Shown here: one piece after another, positions 48,501 to 60,409 of the stretch
Position numbering within the stretch: the first letter of the stretch is position 1
How the letters are laid out: each line of letters starts with the position of its first letter
Origin: Hyphochytrium catenoides
Taxonomy: Eukaryota; Protista; Hyphochytriomycota
Length of the DNA stretch: 64,000 nucleotides
Direction of reading: 5' to 3'
Assembly (NCBI GenBank): GCA_900088475.1
Contig: FLMG01000904.1
Coordinates: 1-64,000 of the forward strand
Notes under the pieces: model-generated
The model's database searches: none
What the model was told of the DNA's origin: nothing
Seen by the model: only the letters and a program-made list of their open reading frames with translations
Made by a program: the position numbers and the translations under genes

Positions 48501-51500
48501 AACGAAGGCTCTAGACCGTTAGAGCAGAGTTCAAATGAAAGCTCCTTGATCAAAACTTTCAACGAAAAACAGGTCAGTGCTCTGGGTGCTTCCAATAGCC
48601 GAAGAAGGTCGCATAACGAATCGGGTTCTGGAACTCAACGTCGACGGTCCAGTTTGTCATCCGATCCTCTTCTGGACGAGACAGACTCAGCTTCGCCGGG
48701 AGTAGTAGCTCAAAATGGTCGTGACGGCAATGTACTACCCGGAGAAGCTGTTAAGGGTGTGAACAACGACCAGGTCACTACCCTCAAGACTGCTAGAGCA
48801 GAATCACCAGCCTTGAACCCCTCGAGGGAAGCAGCAGCGGCTCCAGAGAACCATCTTCATGTAATGACTGCTCCAGTGGATGACGCAGTGCTTCTAGTGC
48901 GAGACCGAGAATTGCATGTGATGGCCCTGGAGCTGCTGCTCTGTTTGATCGTCAACCCACACAACGATCATTTGGAAGGCTTATATTGTTCCAAGTTCCC
49001 TTTGACCGACCTGGACGTAAGGCTCCACCTGCTTCATCTTCTTCACAAGCACCTTAGTTCTCCAGCCTGTCGTCATCTAGTGCCACTTTTGTCCAATAGA
49101 GCCTCCTATCTTGGCTCAGGGCCCTCAAGACTGCTGAGGTTGCTCTCAACGTTTTTGTTCCAGCCTTCAGACTTTCACGAGAGACAGCGTGTGGGTAGAG
49201 GAGCATTCAGCTCGGTCTTTCTCAGTCAGATACCACTTGGCATCCGAAACCAGAGAATAGCCATCAAGACCATTGATCGGCCATCCCGCATCTACGACAG
49301 ATGCGTACTTGCGAGTTTGTTTTCGGAGGTAACCATTTTGGAGAGACTTCGGGGCTGTCCCTACATCTGCAATCTCATTGACTACGGCGTGACGGATGAA
49401 GCCTACTGGCTGGTGTTTGAATCCGCTGCCAAGAGCCTGAAGGAATGGAGGCTTTCTCTTCCACTTAAATTTGTCCGCATAGAAACGTCAGGACTTGAGC
49501 AAAGTCAGCTGACTCGAGAATACCTTCTCATTTGCTTAAGCGTCTTCCGCCAGATTGTAGAAGGTGTAGCACACCTTCACAATAACGGTATTGTTCATTA
49601 CGACTTGAAGTGCGACAATATACTACTTAGAAAGCTTCCAAGTCCGGAGATCTCAACTATCGATCCATTCACTGCCTGTATCGGTGATTTCGGAGAATCA
49701 GTTATGACCTGGGGTAAGCATGCTAGGTCCCATGTGAACACCACAAGCCGCGGCACGGAGCCTATCAAGAGTCCTGAAATGTTGGTCTCGGGGGACAATG
49801 GCCCGGCAAATCAGCTGATGTCGAGAGGCAGGCTTCTAGGCACGAACTCTTCATCTGACATTTGGTCTCTTGGCTGCTTGCTTTTTGAGCTTATAGTAGG
49901 GGATTGGCTTTTTAAGCATGATGACTGGGTTGCTTTTTACATGCACCTGACGTCCAGTTCGCAGCCTGTTATCTCCGCAGCTGATATTCAGCGACTTGAA
50001 GCAAGTCTAGAGAACCGAGAGGATGCACACTTTGTGCTACAACTGCTCCAGTTCACCCTAATACGAGACCATGTGAGACGGCCTGCAGCCGAGGACCTGT
50101 TGAGCAGAGTGGTAGATGTCATAAACCAGGTCCAGAACAAGTATACTATCAATCGGGGTCCAAAAGTACTTCTCGATGTCGCCGCAAGACATCACCTGCT
50201 TACACCCGAGCTCATGTCATCACTGGAAGGGTGCAAGACTAAGAATGCCGACACATTGCTTGGTCCTCATGTGAATAACTACATTTCATCTTTATCGGTC
50301 CCATACTGTCTTCCTTCTATGACTTCATTTGGGCGATGGGCAAGGTTACGCAAGCGCAATATTGATCAAGATCAGTCGGTATTCTGGAGATTTATGGAAG
50401 GAACCTTTTGTGCAATCCACCGTCTCCATATTGCTAAAATGGATTATTCTGAGACAGGAAGTGGAACTACTGCTCGGGTGGCCAGTAATACACGTGAAAC
50501 TCACCAAAGCGCTGACAATCGCGTGACCCTTTTGCCGTTCGAGGCTTCCGGGCGGGAGCTGCAGCATCTAAAGTATTTAGACTTTACGCACATTATCTAC
50601 CTAAGGAGTCGAACTGGAAAAGGGAGCAAAGCACCAATGGAAAAGGTGTACTCTAGGATAAAGGTGCTCACGGTCGGCGTCGGACTTCAGCCTTTAGGTA
50701 TCAGGGAAGCGAAGGACTGGATAAGGACGTTGAAATCTGTACTAAAGCAAAGAACGGCTTGCTACTCTTACTTACAGCACTTTTGCTGGAAGAGACAGAG
50801 CCAAGGCGAGAAGGTAAAGGAGAGAAGCGTCTAACTCCAAACTGCGCACAATTAATCTTTGTGTCTCTCCAGTTGCTTCCACCAAGTGTTCCCTTTTTAT
50901 TTACAATTTTGTCACTTACTGATTCGGCAGAGACTGACTTGGGTGCTCCACTACAGCTGCTTATTCTCTGCGAAAACGCGCTGCTCACAACGGTGGGCGT
51001 CGTGCTTATAGCGGCGTACATGCATGAGTGTCATGGCCTGGATATATTTGAGTGCATCTCAATTCTTAGGCGTGGGGTCGGGCTAATCACTCCTCACTCG
51101 CTGAACCCCACCATTTTGAACTTACTTTTGGAGATTCAACTGAAGCGCATGCTGGTCATTCAGCAGGAGACTGAAAAGTTCTGGACACATCTTAGGCTGA
51201 CAGGGTTTGAGTCCAGAGGAACAGGAGTTAGAGCTGCACAGGTAGGAGTTTCCACACGCTAGTTTGAGCTTGAGCCGTTAGTTAAGAGAAACCCTTGCTT
51301 GCGCACTGCAGTGCGTCTGCAGCCACGTAACTGTGATCTTTGGTAGCATCCAGAGTCCCACTAACCTGGAAGATAGCGAGTGCCTCTGTTCGGAAAACCC
51401 TTCTCTGGGACATCGCACAAAATGTGCCATCTTTCCTGCCTGCGTTGCTGCCAGAATGCGGCATCGCCGACTATTTGCTGGACTGTCCCACAACAATCCA

Positions 51501-51809
51501 TTCAAATATGTCCAAATAGATGGGATGAGACTGAGGACCGTGCGGGGTGAGGCCTTTGGCGAGCACATTTGTATATCAGCAAATCTACCTCAATCGCTGA
51601 CGAAATGTACGATGGATGAGGAGGAAATCAGCTTTGCGATCGCCAACTGGGATTTTTTTCACTGCGAACACTGCCGCTACGTCCTTGCAGCCAAGAACAA
51701 AACCTCTGGCACCACCCAGCTAGTGATCTTTTCAAGCATAGGCATGCCACGTTTCATGAACTCATGTGACAGCGATCCAAGACAAGAGCAGCTCTATCGC
51801 ATGTTGTAG
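42508..51809 (+). CDS. Giant Ser/Thr protein kinase with a helical N-terminal region, a DSP-like domain and a Cys-rich C-terminus
   Basis: Kinase subdomains in ORF 46872..50834: VGRGAFSSV, IAIK, SEVTIL, VHYDLKCDNILL, IGDFGES, RGTEPIKSPE, SDIWSLGCLLFEL. Upstream and downstream same-strand ORFs join via GT-AG introns where I checked. There is an N-gap at 46802-46852, and the true start may be slightly upstream (ATG 42375). Confidence 0.8.
46802..46852. other. Assembly gap within the kinase gene
   Basis: Run of N. Confidence 0.95.
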
Positions 51810-51938
51810 ATTCACCTTTTGATTCATGTCTATTACCTCAAACAACTAGCTGAAGGCCATTGAAGCTGCTTGGGACATTCTCAAGGTCCAACACTGGCTC
51901 TGCTACGTTCACGGGTCTGAGCTTTGCCTGCCTAGTCC

Positions 51939-53787
51939 CTAGTGCGGGCTTCGCAACAGTGGTTTGTTCTCGTCTGAATCTGTATTTAGGGACATGATGG
52001 ACCTCCTTTGGTGTCTGGGCCCGAACCGCATCGAGCGGTAGAGGACGAAGGTCTGCATAACCCCTATAAGGGCTGCTGCCGCCGGCCAGATGCACATTAC
52101 CTTTCTAATATAATGTGGACCGGCAATCTCAGGTTCAGCAAGGTGCTCCAAGCCCTGCTGGGCTACAAACACCGCCAGTCCATTGGACAGCTTGTCTGTG
52201 AAGCTCATTGCTCCGTAAACTGTACGTTGCAGCGTTTAGCACCTTACATCCAATAAGTATTACTCCAAATTTTAAAGTCGTACCAAATGCTCCACTTTCA
52301 GTACTGCTCCCGACGAGATCGGCTTCCATGCATACAGAAGCAACCATGATCGTCGAGTTTCCAACACCCAATAGGAGCACCACGAAATACATGAGCCAGG
52401 AATAGTTCTCGTAGATCACATAGCTAGCTCCTAGTGAGATCGTACAGAGCGCTGCTCCCATAAGAAAAGTCCCGCTTCTTCCCAGAGACTCATTGACACG
52501 TCGCTGAAAGAAGGTTGATATGAACCTTGGTACCCAAGGGTCCTGACGTTAGTATCATTAAGTCAGACCCTTCCTGCGGCCAGGAACCTACCCTGCAATA
52601 TATATAAGAAGAGGTATTATGGCGATTGCGCTGGCGGGCATTCGCAGTGTCTTCTGAAGGAAGAAGGGCATGTATATCTGGGTCAGATTGATCACAAGTC
52701 TTGTGCACATGTAAACCACGCCAACTGCATAAAAGGTGGGCTTTTTGAACCATTGCCACCATCGCATAGGACTAATCGAACCCGTTCTGCTACCTTGGAT
52801 CTCCTCTATAACGGAAAAGTGCTCTGAGGCTTGAGAAAAAAAGGTGACCATAGGCTGACTCTACCTGCCGAGAGCCCTGCCTCTACAGGACAATCGATTG
52901 CTTCATACGCAGGATCAACAGGACCGCGGTTCATGGCGTCAGATCCAGTCCTCTCTCTGGAGGATGTGGTTGGCGTCATCGCTTCTTCTGTGCCCACTAA
53001 GAAGAAGGTTACTGCTCCAGTTCCAATCAGGAGAACGATAGTACTTAAAACCGTGAACTTCTTCTGGTCCGTGACAGCAGTAGGCTGGATAGAGGAGAGC
53101 AAGACGAGGAAGACGCAAAACACCGTGACGTTGGATATAATGGTCCAGGCATACCGTGCGCTGTTTAATACAACTCTCTCATTCTGGTCTGTCGTTAGCT
53201 CAGGAACCTAAGGGAGAAGGAGAGCATCAACTCAAATACCTTCAGCGTCATCATCCTTTATAGAGTCCCACCATTGCCATGTGAGCCACTTGGACAGCTG
53301 CCCAACCCACGTTGAAGACAGAGGCAGCGACCGCATAGTAAGCAACCAGACTTTGTCGGGAGGGCTGGTCAATGAGTTCTCTAGGTAGACAGACAGCAAA
53401 GACCAGGAAAAAGCAGATGAGAACCAGTACTGCTCCTCCTGCAATCCAAGTTTTTCTTCTCCCAAGACCGAGTTTTGGAAAGCCTACAACAGAGTTCAGA
53501 CAAGAGCTAGTATTCCCTGTTGGGGGTGCTAGTTATCAAGCAGTAGACTAACCCTTCGTGCGGTCAGAAAGCAGCCCTACTAGAGGAGTTGCTACACCAT
53601 CGGCTATTTGTCCACTTAGCATAACCACAGCGGCTTCAATCGGGGACATCCGTGGCACAGCGTGAAGGAAAACCAGAAGGTAGCTAAACCAGCAGGCGGC
53701 ACACAGGTCATTCAACACGTGCCCAACCGAGTAAGCCAGTATCTTCCGCCTAGACAGGCGACTACTGCCCTTGGGTGTTGGGTCCAT
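51939..53787 (-). CDS. MFSD12: MFS transporter, MFSD12-like (MelB/GPH family)
   Basis: [87 protein letters not shown] and [17 protein letters not shown] match MFSD12-family motifs. Multi-exon. Confidence 0.9.
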
Positions 53788-54481
53788 AACTGTTAAGATG
53801 TACGTGCTCCCAGGACCGAGCACTTACGTAGTTCAGCTTGTCTTGAGCATCCGCGGTCGGATAGATTCCCTCAGCACAGTGTCACTGCCTTACCTAGCCC
53901 GACTTTCATTGAATAATGGCAAAGGTCGAAGAAGAATCCTTCCTATAATACCCCTCGTTATGATCGCTGAGACTGTACAGCAGGGTTGCTCCTTATGCAA
54001 GCATATCCCTATTATTAGGCCAATAATGGGTTACCTGTCTTCAATCTTCACCAAAACTCTATCTGCCTCTCCTCCTCTCACTGAAGCAGCACCTTCATGA
54101 AAATCATTTTTCTTCTTCCAATCCTTTTGTACGACGTCGTACCCTTAGTTCGGTCCCTTTTGATGGTTACACTACTACGATGGGCTTTCTGTGTACAACT
54201 GTTCGTCCATCTGCTGGTAATATATTATTATTGTGTCATCATCACTGGGTCTCTTGCTTTGCGCCAACTGGAGTTCGTCGTTCTCACATCAATCAGGCCG
54301 CTGCGATAAGAGTAAGTGACGCATACTTCTACACCGGACGGCCAATCGCCGATCTCTTTTCATTGTATGCAAGCTCCAATTATCTAACAAGAGTAAGGTT
54401 TTGATCTCTGAATTGATCTGCACCTGCTAGCCTTTAATAGCGCTTAAACTTCTTCACTTTCGTGAAGAGCTCCGGACATAG

Positions 54482-55762
54482 CTAGAGGACATACATGTAG
54501 TCAGACTTTTTCGGAGGCCTACGGTCTTGGTATTCCTTCCAGAGATAACCGCCGAGCATTCCTCCCAGATGTCCAGCAAAGTCAATGCGTCCCCTCCTCA
54601 TAAGCAACCCTCCCATATTTATTGCGAGAAGCAGGAATAAAGAGGTCTGGCCTGAGGTGTCATAGACCCCAAACCATCGAATCTGGCGATACTCGTGGTC
54701 AAAGAGGAATATCTGGCAGCATTATCTCTGCAACTTTTCATCTTACCCTGCTGTCCGGATGGCGGAGTAATGACACTGCAACTACGCCGGATATGCAGCC
54801 GCTTGCGCCGACAGAAACAAAGGGAACCGCCCCCAACCGCTGGGTTAAACCATTCCAGGCCAGGCTCGCTAATGATGAGGTCACCCCTGATAAAAGATAG
54901 AGTTCTAGGAAGGAACTATCTGACATTTCCTGTCAGGAAGGTCAGTGTCCCGTGTAGTACCGTAAACCTCGTTGGACTTCAGCTAGGTGTGTTACCTTCC
55001 GCACGAGCCGGGTACCTCCTAACATTGGCGTCCCTCTCCAAGAAGTCATAGCAGACCCAAAGCTATGTAGCACGTACATATTGATGCCCAAATGTAGCAA
55101 GCCCGTATGACTGAAGCTATAGTTCAAACCATGTGGGAAGAGTTCGAGAGGGCGGTTTAGACGATGGCAGACCAGAAACAGTCTTTCCAGGGAACAGACC
55201 TGGATGTGATTAGGGTATGTACGCGACCCCTTGATATTCCTTCGGTGGAAAGGGTGAAGTGCTTACTCAAGAAAGACAACCCTCTCGGACTCCGCCTTGC
55301 TGCTAGCCATGCTGCAAACACAGCAAGATTGAGGCCGATAATGCCCGTCACAACTTGCGACTCGCCTCGGATCTGTCTCTACAAGCAAAATCGTCAGAGA
55401 GGATGGCAGATAGGTCGATAATATACTTCTACCTGGGCTGCTCTGATTGCCCGGCGTGGAACGTTTGTCAGATCCGCTCCAACTGCATCATAGATAGCGT
55501 AGGTACCTGCCCCAACAAGCAGAGCTCCTAAGGCAATATTACTGGCGTTACCCTTTACCCATTCCCAGTTCTGTGATCTTCTTGTTCGCCTAGGATTGGG
55601 GGCCTGTCTAACCGTACGAGTAGGCACAATAAGGCCCCCTAGTGGCTTGCGGACCTTCCAGCTTAAGCCACCCTTATAAGTAGCAGGTATCCTAGATCTC
55701 CCTATCGGTGCCACACCACCTTTCGCTAGGGTGGCGAAGCCGACTAATGTCCTGTGCAGCAT
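54482..55762 (-). CDS. Rhomboid intramembrane serine protease, PARL/Pcp1-like, probably mitochondrial
   Basis: FSHTGLLHLGINM, catalytic-Ser motif GASG and catalytic-His motif IDFAGHLGGMLGG. The basic, acid-poor N-terminus resembles a mitochondrial presequence. The last exon may extend to about 54387 if one more intron is used. Confidence 0.87.
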
Positions 55763-56542
55763 CTGGCTACCCCTACCGCAACTCCTCGCTCCGCAAAGCA
55801 GGAACTTTGAATAGAGCAGCAGAAGTCACAGATAAGTGGGCCAGACGCCAATGTTGGATTGGTTGTCTGTTGAGTCTCCGCTCGCTCTGAGAGTCCAACA
55901 CTCTACAGAGTAAAGGTAGGTTCTATAGAACTATTGCCGATCGGCGTTCGCAAGTAAAGCTCAAAGCGATTCTCCAACTTTCGCTTTTCTGATGTTTGTC
56001 TTTGCCTTGACAGGTACAAAGAAAGGTTATCAGTATGGTCTAAAGTTGATAACTGTACAGAAAGAGCAGTAATGCGGTAAACACGTAAACAGGAGGAAGG
56101 AGGTGATTCGGAATCTGATTGCCTATATTCTACTTGGATGCATTGGAAGTCCCTTCTTATTCCAGATTCCGCTCACTCTCTCCTCACAAGGCGGTGTACG
56201 GTGTACGATGTATCCACAGAAACTCTCAGCTTCTCTCATCACCACAGCACCACAAAGACTCAAAAGCTCCAAAACACATTGTAGGAGAGCGCAACGAAGG
56301 TGGAAAAGCCTCCTTCCGCAACTGTGTCACAGCCCCAAAGAAGATCTTTGCTTTGATTAGAAGGGAACAATCCCACACAGCTCAGAGTCTGGAGCTCTGG
56401 ACGGATCCCAAAAGAAGCTTGCGACGCTTATCTTTCGCTATCACGCTTTGCAAACGGTTATACATTTAGTAAGGGCTTGAGGGTGTTTCAGTGGCGCGGT
56501 TTGACCCCAAGCCGCTGCTGAGAGCAAACATAAATATTTGGT

Positions 56543-59500
56543 ATGGCGGATCTCGATTCGGAGATCAGGGCGCTACAAGCGCAGAGACAGGCCTTCGATG
56601 GGAGGAAAAGTGACGGGGTGGGGCTGAACGAGGAAGGCGTGTTCGACAAGGACATCTATGGAAAGGTTGATAAATCCGCCTACTCCACTGAGCTTGTGGA
56701 TGAAGAAGATGACGATGACGCCCCTGCCGCCTTGCATCCATCAACTCGACAGTCTGCAGCGTTAAAAAGCAAGCCTGAGGCTTCAGATGGAGATGCAGAC
56801 GATGGGGTAGATCCAATGGCACAATACAGAGAGCAGTATGGTTCTGGGCTTGTCAACACGAGGATAGCAGATAGGGAAAATGACTATAAGAAGCGTCGGT
56901 TTGAGCGAATGCTTTCTCCGGAGAGAGGAGATGCCTTGTCTGGAGCGACACCAGCCCGAAGCTACGCTGACATCATGCAAAGTCAGATGCTGGACCAGGA
57001 GAGACAGGACGTGGTACAAAAGATCATCAAGAAGCGCGAGGAGAATGAAGATGGGGCTGGTGAAGTCAAGAAGAAGCGTCGCCGCTGGGATGACGCTGAG
57101 CCGACGCCGAAGAGAGAAGAAGGGACAAAGACATCTGAATGGGATGCTGATGCAACCCCAGTCAGGGCATCTAGCACTGCGGACGCTACTCCTACCCCCA
57201 GTCGTCGAAATCGATGGGGTGAAACCCCTTCAGCAGCTTCTGAAGCATCGTCTGCAACACCTTCAAGGAGAAATCGCTGGGGCCAGGCGCCTACCAGCGC
57301 TACAACTGGGTGGGGGGAGACGCCCCTTTCGACGGCCTCCACGACAGACGCTACTCCGTCAAGAAAGCGCTCTCGCTGGGACGAGACGCCGATGTCGATG
57401 GGGAGTGCTACCCCTTCCTCTGTCGGTAGCATGACTCCCGGAGCTTTCGAGTATGGATCTGCTACTCCCGGACCTATGAATGCTGAGCTGGCCCAAAAGC
57501 TTCGTTGGGAAAGAGAAATTGAGGAGAGGAATCGTCCACTTTCTGATGACGAGCTGGACGCAATGTTCCCTGAGCATGGCTATAAGATTCTTGAACCTCC
57601 AGCCAACTACATTCCTATTCGAACGCCGTCAAGGAAGCTCTTGGCTACCCCCACCCCGGCAGGCATGACTCCAGCCTTCCAGATTCAGTCCACTCCAGCT
57701 CGAGAGGACTATGGCATCTCCGCTATGACTCCATCTGCCGGTGATTTGCCGTTTATTAAGCCTGAGGACTATCAGTACTTTGGCAAGCTCATGGACGAAG
57801 CAGACGAAGAAGCTCTGGACCCAGAGGAGCTTAAGGAGAGGAAGATCATGCGTTTACTGCTCAGGATTAAGAATGGCACACCCCCTCAAAGAAAGACTGC
57901 ACTTAGGCAAATTACCGATAAAGCGCGCGAATTTGGAGCTGGACCGTTGTTCAATCAGATTCTGCCTTTGTTGATGTCTCCCACTCTGGAAGATCAGGAG
58001 CGCCATCTTTTGGTAAAGGTTATTGACCGCATCCTCTACAAGCTGGATGAGCTGGTGCGACCCTATGTGCACAAGATTTTGGTGGTGATCGAGCCCCTAC
58101 TTATTGATGAAGACTACTATGCAAGGGTGGAGGGAAGAGAGATTATCAGCAATCTTGCGAAGGCTGCTGGTTTGGCTACCATGATTGCCACAATGAGGCC
58201 GGATATCGACAACAATGATGAGTATGTAAGGAACACGACTGCTAGAGCGTTCGCCGTCGTGGGCTCCGCTCTAGGTATTCCTGCACTACTACCATTTCTT
58301 AAGGCGGTCTGTCAAAGCAAGAAATCGTGGCAGGGTAGGCACACGGGTATCAAGATTGTTCAGCAGATTGCCATTCTCATGGGTTGTGCGATATTACCAC
58401 ACCTCAAGCATCTTGTTGAGATCATTGAACACGGTCTGGTGGATGCTGAGCAAAAGGTCAGGACTATCACTGCACTTGCCTTGGCTGCTTTAGCCGAAGC
58501 TGCTCATCCTTACGGTATCGAGTCCTTTGACTCGGTCCTGCGACCACTCTGGAAAGGAACACGGCAACATCGCGGTAAAGGCCTGGCTGCTTTCCTCAAG
58601 GCTGTGGGTTTCATCATCCCGCTGATGGACAGCAATTACGCAAACTACTACACTCGCGAGGTCATGGTCATCCTTATCCGTGAGTTCCAGTCGCCAGATG
58701 AAGAGATGAAGAAGATTGTACTGAAAGTCGTGAAGCAATGCGTCTCCACCGAAGGAATTGAGGCCGAGTATATCAAGGAGGAGATCCTTCCTGAATTTTT
58801 CCGTAACTTTTGGGTCAGAAGAATGGCACTCGACAAGCGCAACTACAAGCAGGTGGTTGAGACCACTGTTGAGCTTGCAAATAAGGTTGGCGTGGCCGAA
58901 ATTTTGTCTCGCGTCGTGGATGATTTGAAGGATGAGAGCGAGCCCTACAGGCGCATGGTTATGGAGACCATTGAAAAGATTCTGCAGAATCTTGGTGCAA
59001 CGGATATCGACGAGAGGCTGGAGGAGCAGCTTATTGATGGCATCCTATATGCCTTCCAAGAGCAGACTAGTGATGATACGTCTGTCATGCTCACGGGCTT
59101 CGGCACAGTTGTGAACGCTCTTGGAATTCGGGTAAAGCCCTATCTACCCCAAATATGCGGTACTATCAAGTGGAGGCTCAACAATAAGGCAGCAAAAGTG
59201 AGAATGCAGGCGGCTGACCTGATATCACGCATTGCTGTGGTTATGAAAACATGCGGGGAAGACCAGCTCATGGGCCACCTTGGTGTGGTTTTGTATGAGT
59301 ATTTGGGAGAGGAGTATCCCGAGGTTCTGGGAAGTATTCTGGGTGCCTTGAAGGCCATCGTTAACGTTATTGGTATGACCAAGATGACCCCGCCTATCAA
59401 AGATCTTCTCCCACGGCTGACCCCGATTTTGAAGAATCGACACGAGAAAGTACAAGAGAACTGCATTGACCTTGTTGGTCGTATTGCGGATCGTGGGTCG

Positions 59501-60274
59501 GAATTTCTCTCTCCTAAGGAGGGCATGAGGATTTGCTTTGAGCTTTTAGAGATGCTGAAGGCACACAAGAAGGGTATTCGTCGAGCTGCTGTCAACACTT
59601 TCGGTTACATCGCCAAGGCTATTGGGCCGCAGGACGTTCTCCACACTCTGCTCAACAACCTCAAAGTCCAGGAGCGACAAAATCGTGTCTGTACCACAGT
59701 TGCCATTGCTATTGTGGCAGAGACATGCGGGCCTTTTGCCGTCCTGCCTGCTCTAATGAATGAATACCGGGTTCCAGAACTCAACGTCCAGAACGGTGTA
59801 CTTAAAGCCTTATCCTTCATGTTCGAGTACATTGGAGAGATGAGCAAGGACTATATCTATTCAGTGACTCCCCTTCTGGTTGACGCACTGATGGATAGAG
59901 ACCTTGTTCACCGTCAGACTGCTTGCACCACTGTGAAGCACCTCGCTTTAGGTGTGGCAGGTTTGGGCTGTGAGGACGCCGTCCAGCATATGCTGAACTA
60001 CGTTTGGCCTAATATCTTTGAGACGTCACCCCACGTGATCAACGCAGTATTTGAGGCGATTGAGGGTTGCAGGGTGACCCTTGGCCCAATGCGCATCATG
60101 CAATATGTGCTTCAAGGTCTTTTCCATCCTGCACGCCGTGTGAGGGAAGTCTATTGGAAGATGTACAACTCGCTCTACATGTACTCTCAGGACGCTTTGA
60201 CACCTGCATACCCGCGCATTGATGACGATGGCATCAATAACTATCGCCGTACTTATCTGGAGTGCTTGATCTGA
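56543..60274 (+). CDS. SF3B1: Splicing factor 3B subunit 1
   Basis: Uninterrupted 1243-aa ORF with N-terminal RWD/RWG-ETP ULM-type motifs, the p14-binding region [25 protein letters not shown], and highly conserved HEAT repeats through [14 protein letters not shown]. Confidence 0.99.
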   Translation: MADLDSEIRALQAQRQAFDGRKSDGVGLNEEGVFDKDIYGKVDKSAYSTELVDEEDDDDAPAALHPSTRQSAALKSKPEASDGDADDGVDPMAQYREQYGSGLVNTRIADRENDYKKRRFERMLSPERGDALSGATPARSYADIMQSQMLDQERQDVVQKIIKKREENEDGAGEVKKKRRRWDDAEPTPKREEGTKTSEWDADATPVRASSTADATPTPSRRNRWGETPSAASEASSATPSRRNRWGQAPTSATTGWGETPLSTASTTDATPSRKRSRWDETPMSMGSATPSSVGSMTPGAFEYGSATPGPMNAELAQKLRWEREIEERNRPLSDDELDAMFPEHGYKILEPPANYIPIRTPSRKLLATPTPAGMTPAFQIQSTPAREDYGISAMTPSAGDLPFIKPEDYQYFGKLMDEADEEALDPEELKERKIMRLLLRIKNGTPPQRKTALRQITDKAREFGAGPLFNQILPLLMSPTLEDQERHLLVKVIDRILYKLDELVRPYVHKILVVIEPLLIDEDYYARVEGREIISNLAKAAGLATMIATMRPDIDNNDEYVRNTTARAFAVVGSALGIPALLPFLKAVCQSKKSWQGRHTGIKIVQQIAILMGCAILPHLKHLVEIIEHGLVDAEQKVRTITALALAALAEAAHPYGIESFDSVLRPLWKGTRQHRGKGLAAFLKAVGFIIPLMDSNYANYYTREVMVILIREFQSPDEEMKKIVLKVVKQCVSTEGIEAEYIKEEILPEFFRNFWVRRMALDKRNYKQVVETTVELANKVGVAEILSRVVDDLKDESEPYRRMVMETIEKILQNLGATDIDERLEEQLIDGILYAFQEQTSDDTSVMLTGFGTVVNALGIRVKPYLPQICGTIKWRLNNKAAKVRMQAADLISRIAVVMKTCGEDQLMGHLGVVLYEYLGEEYPEVLGSILGALKAIVNVIGMTKMTPPIKDLLPRLTPILKNRHEKVQENCIDLVGRIADRGSEFLSPKEGMRICFELLEMLKAHKKGIRRAAVNTFGYIAKAIGPQDVLHTLLNNLKVQERQNRVCTTVAIAIVAETCGPFAVLPALMNEYRVPELNVQNGVLKALSFMFEYIGEMSKDYIYSVTPLLVDALMDRDLVHRQTACTTVKHLALGVAGLGCEDAVQHMLNYVWPNIFETSPHVINAVFEAIEGCRVTLGPMRIMQYVLQGLFHPARRVREVYWKMYNSLYMYSQDALTPAYPRIDDDGINNYRRTYLECLI

Positions 60275-60409
60275 TAGCTCTCTGTTAAAGGCATCTTGCA
60301 TCTTCTAGTCTAATATTGAATGGTAACGTTGGATATGCAGACTTCTCGCGAAGCAAACCTTCTCCTCTGATGCGTTGCTAGTCGGTCTGCCTCCACTCTT
60401 TACACTTCC

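Noticed and set aside
54129-54142. Perfect 14-bp palindrome GTACGACGTCGTAC
   Set aside because: Single occurrence with no associated element; palindromes of this length can arise by chance in 64 kb.
56565-60301. Numerous antisense and alternate-frame ORFs over SF3B1 (also over dynein and the ARM gene)
   Set aside because: They are shadow ORFs of real coding sequence with no recognisable motifs.
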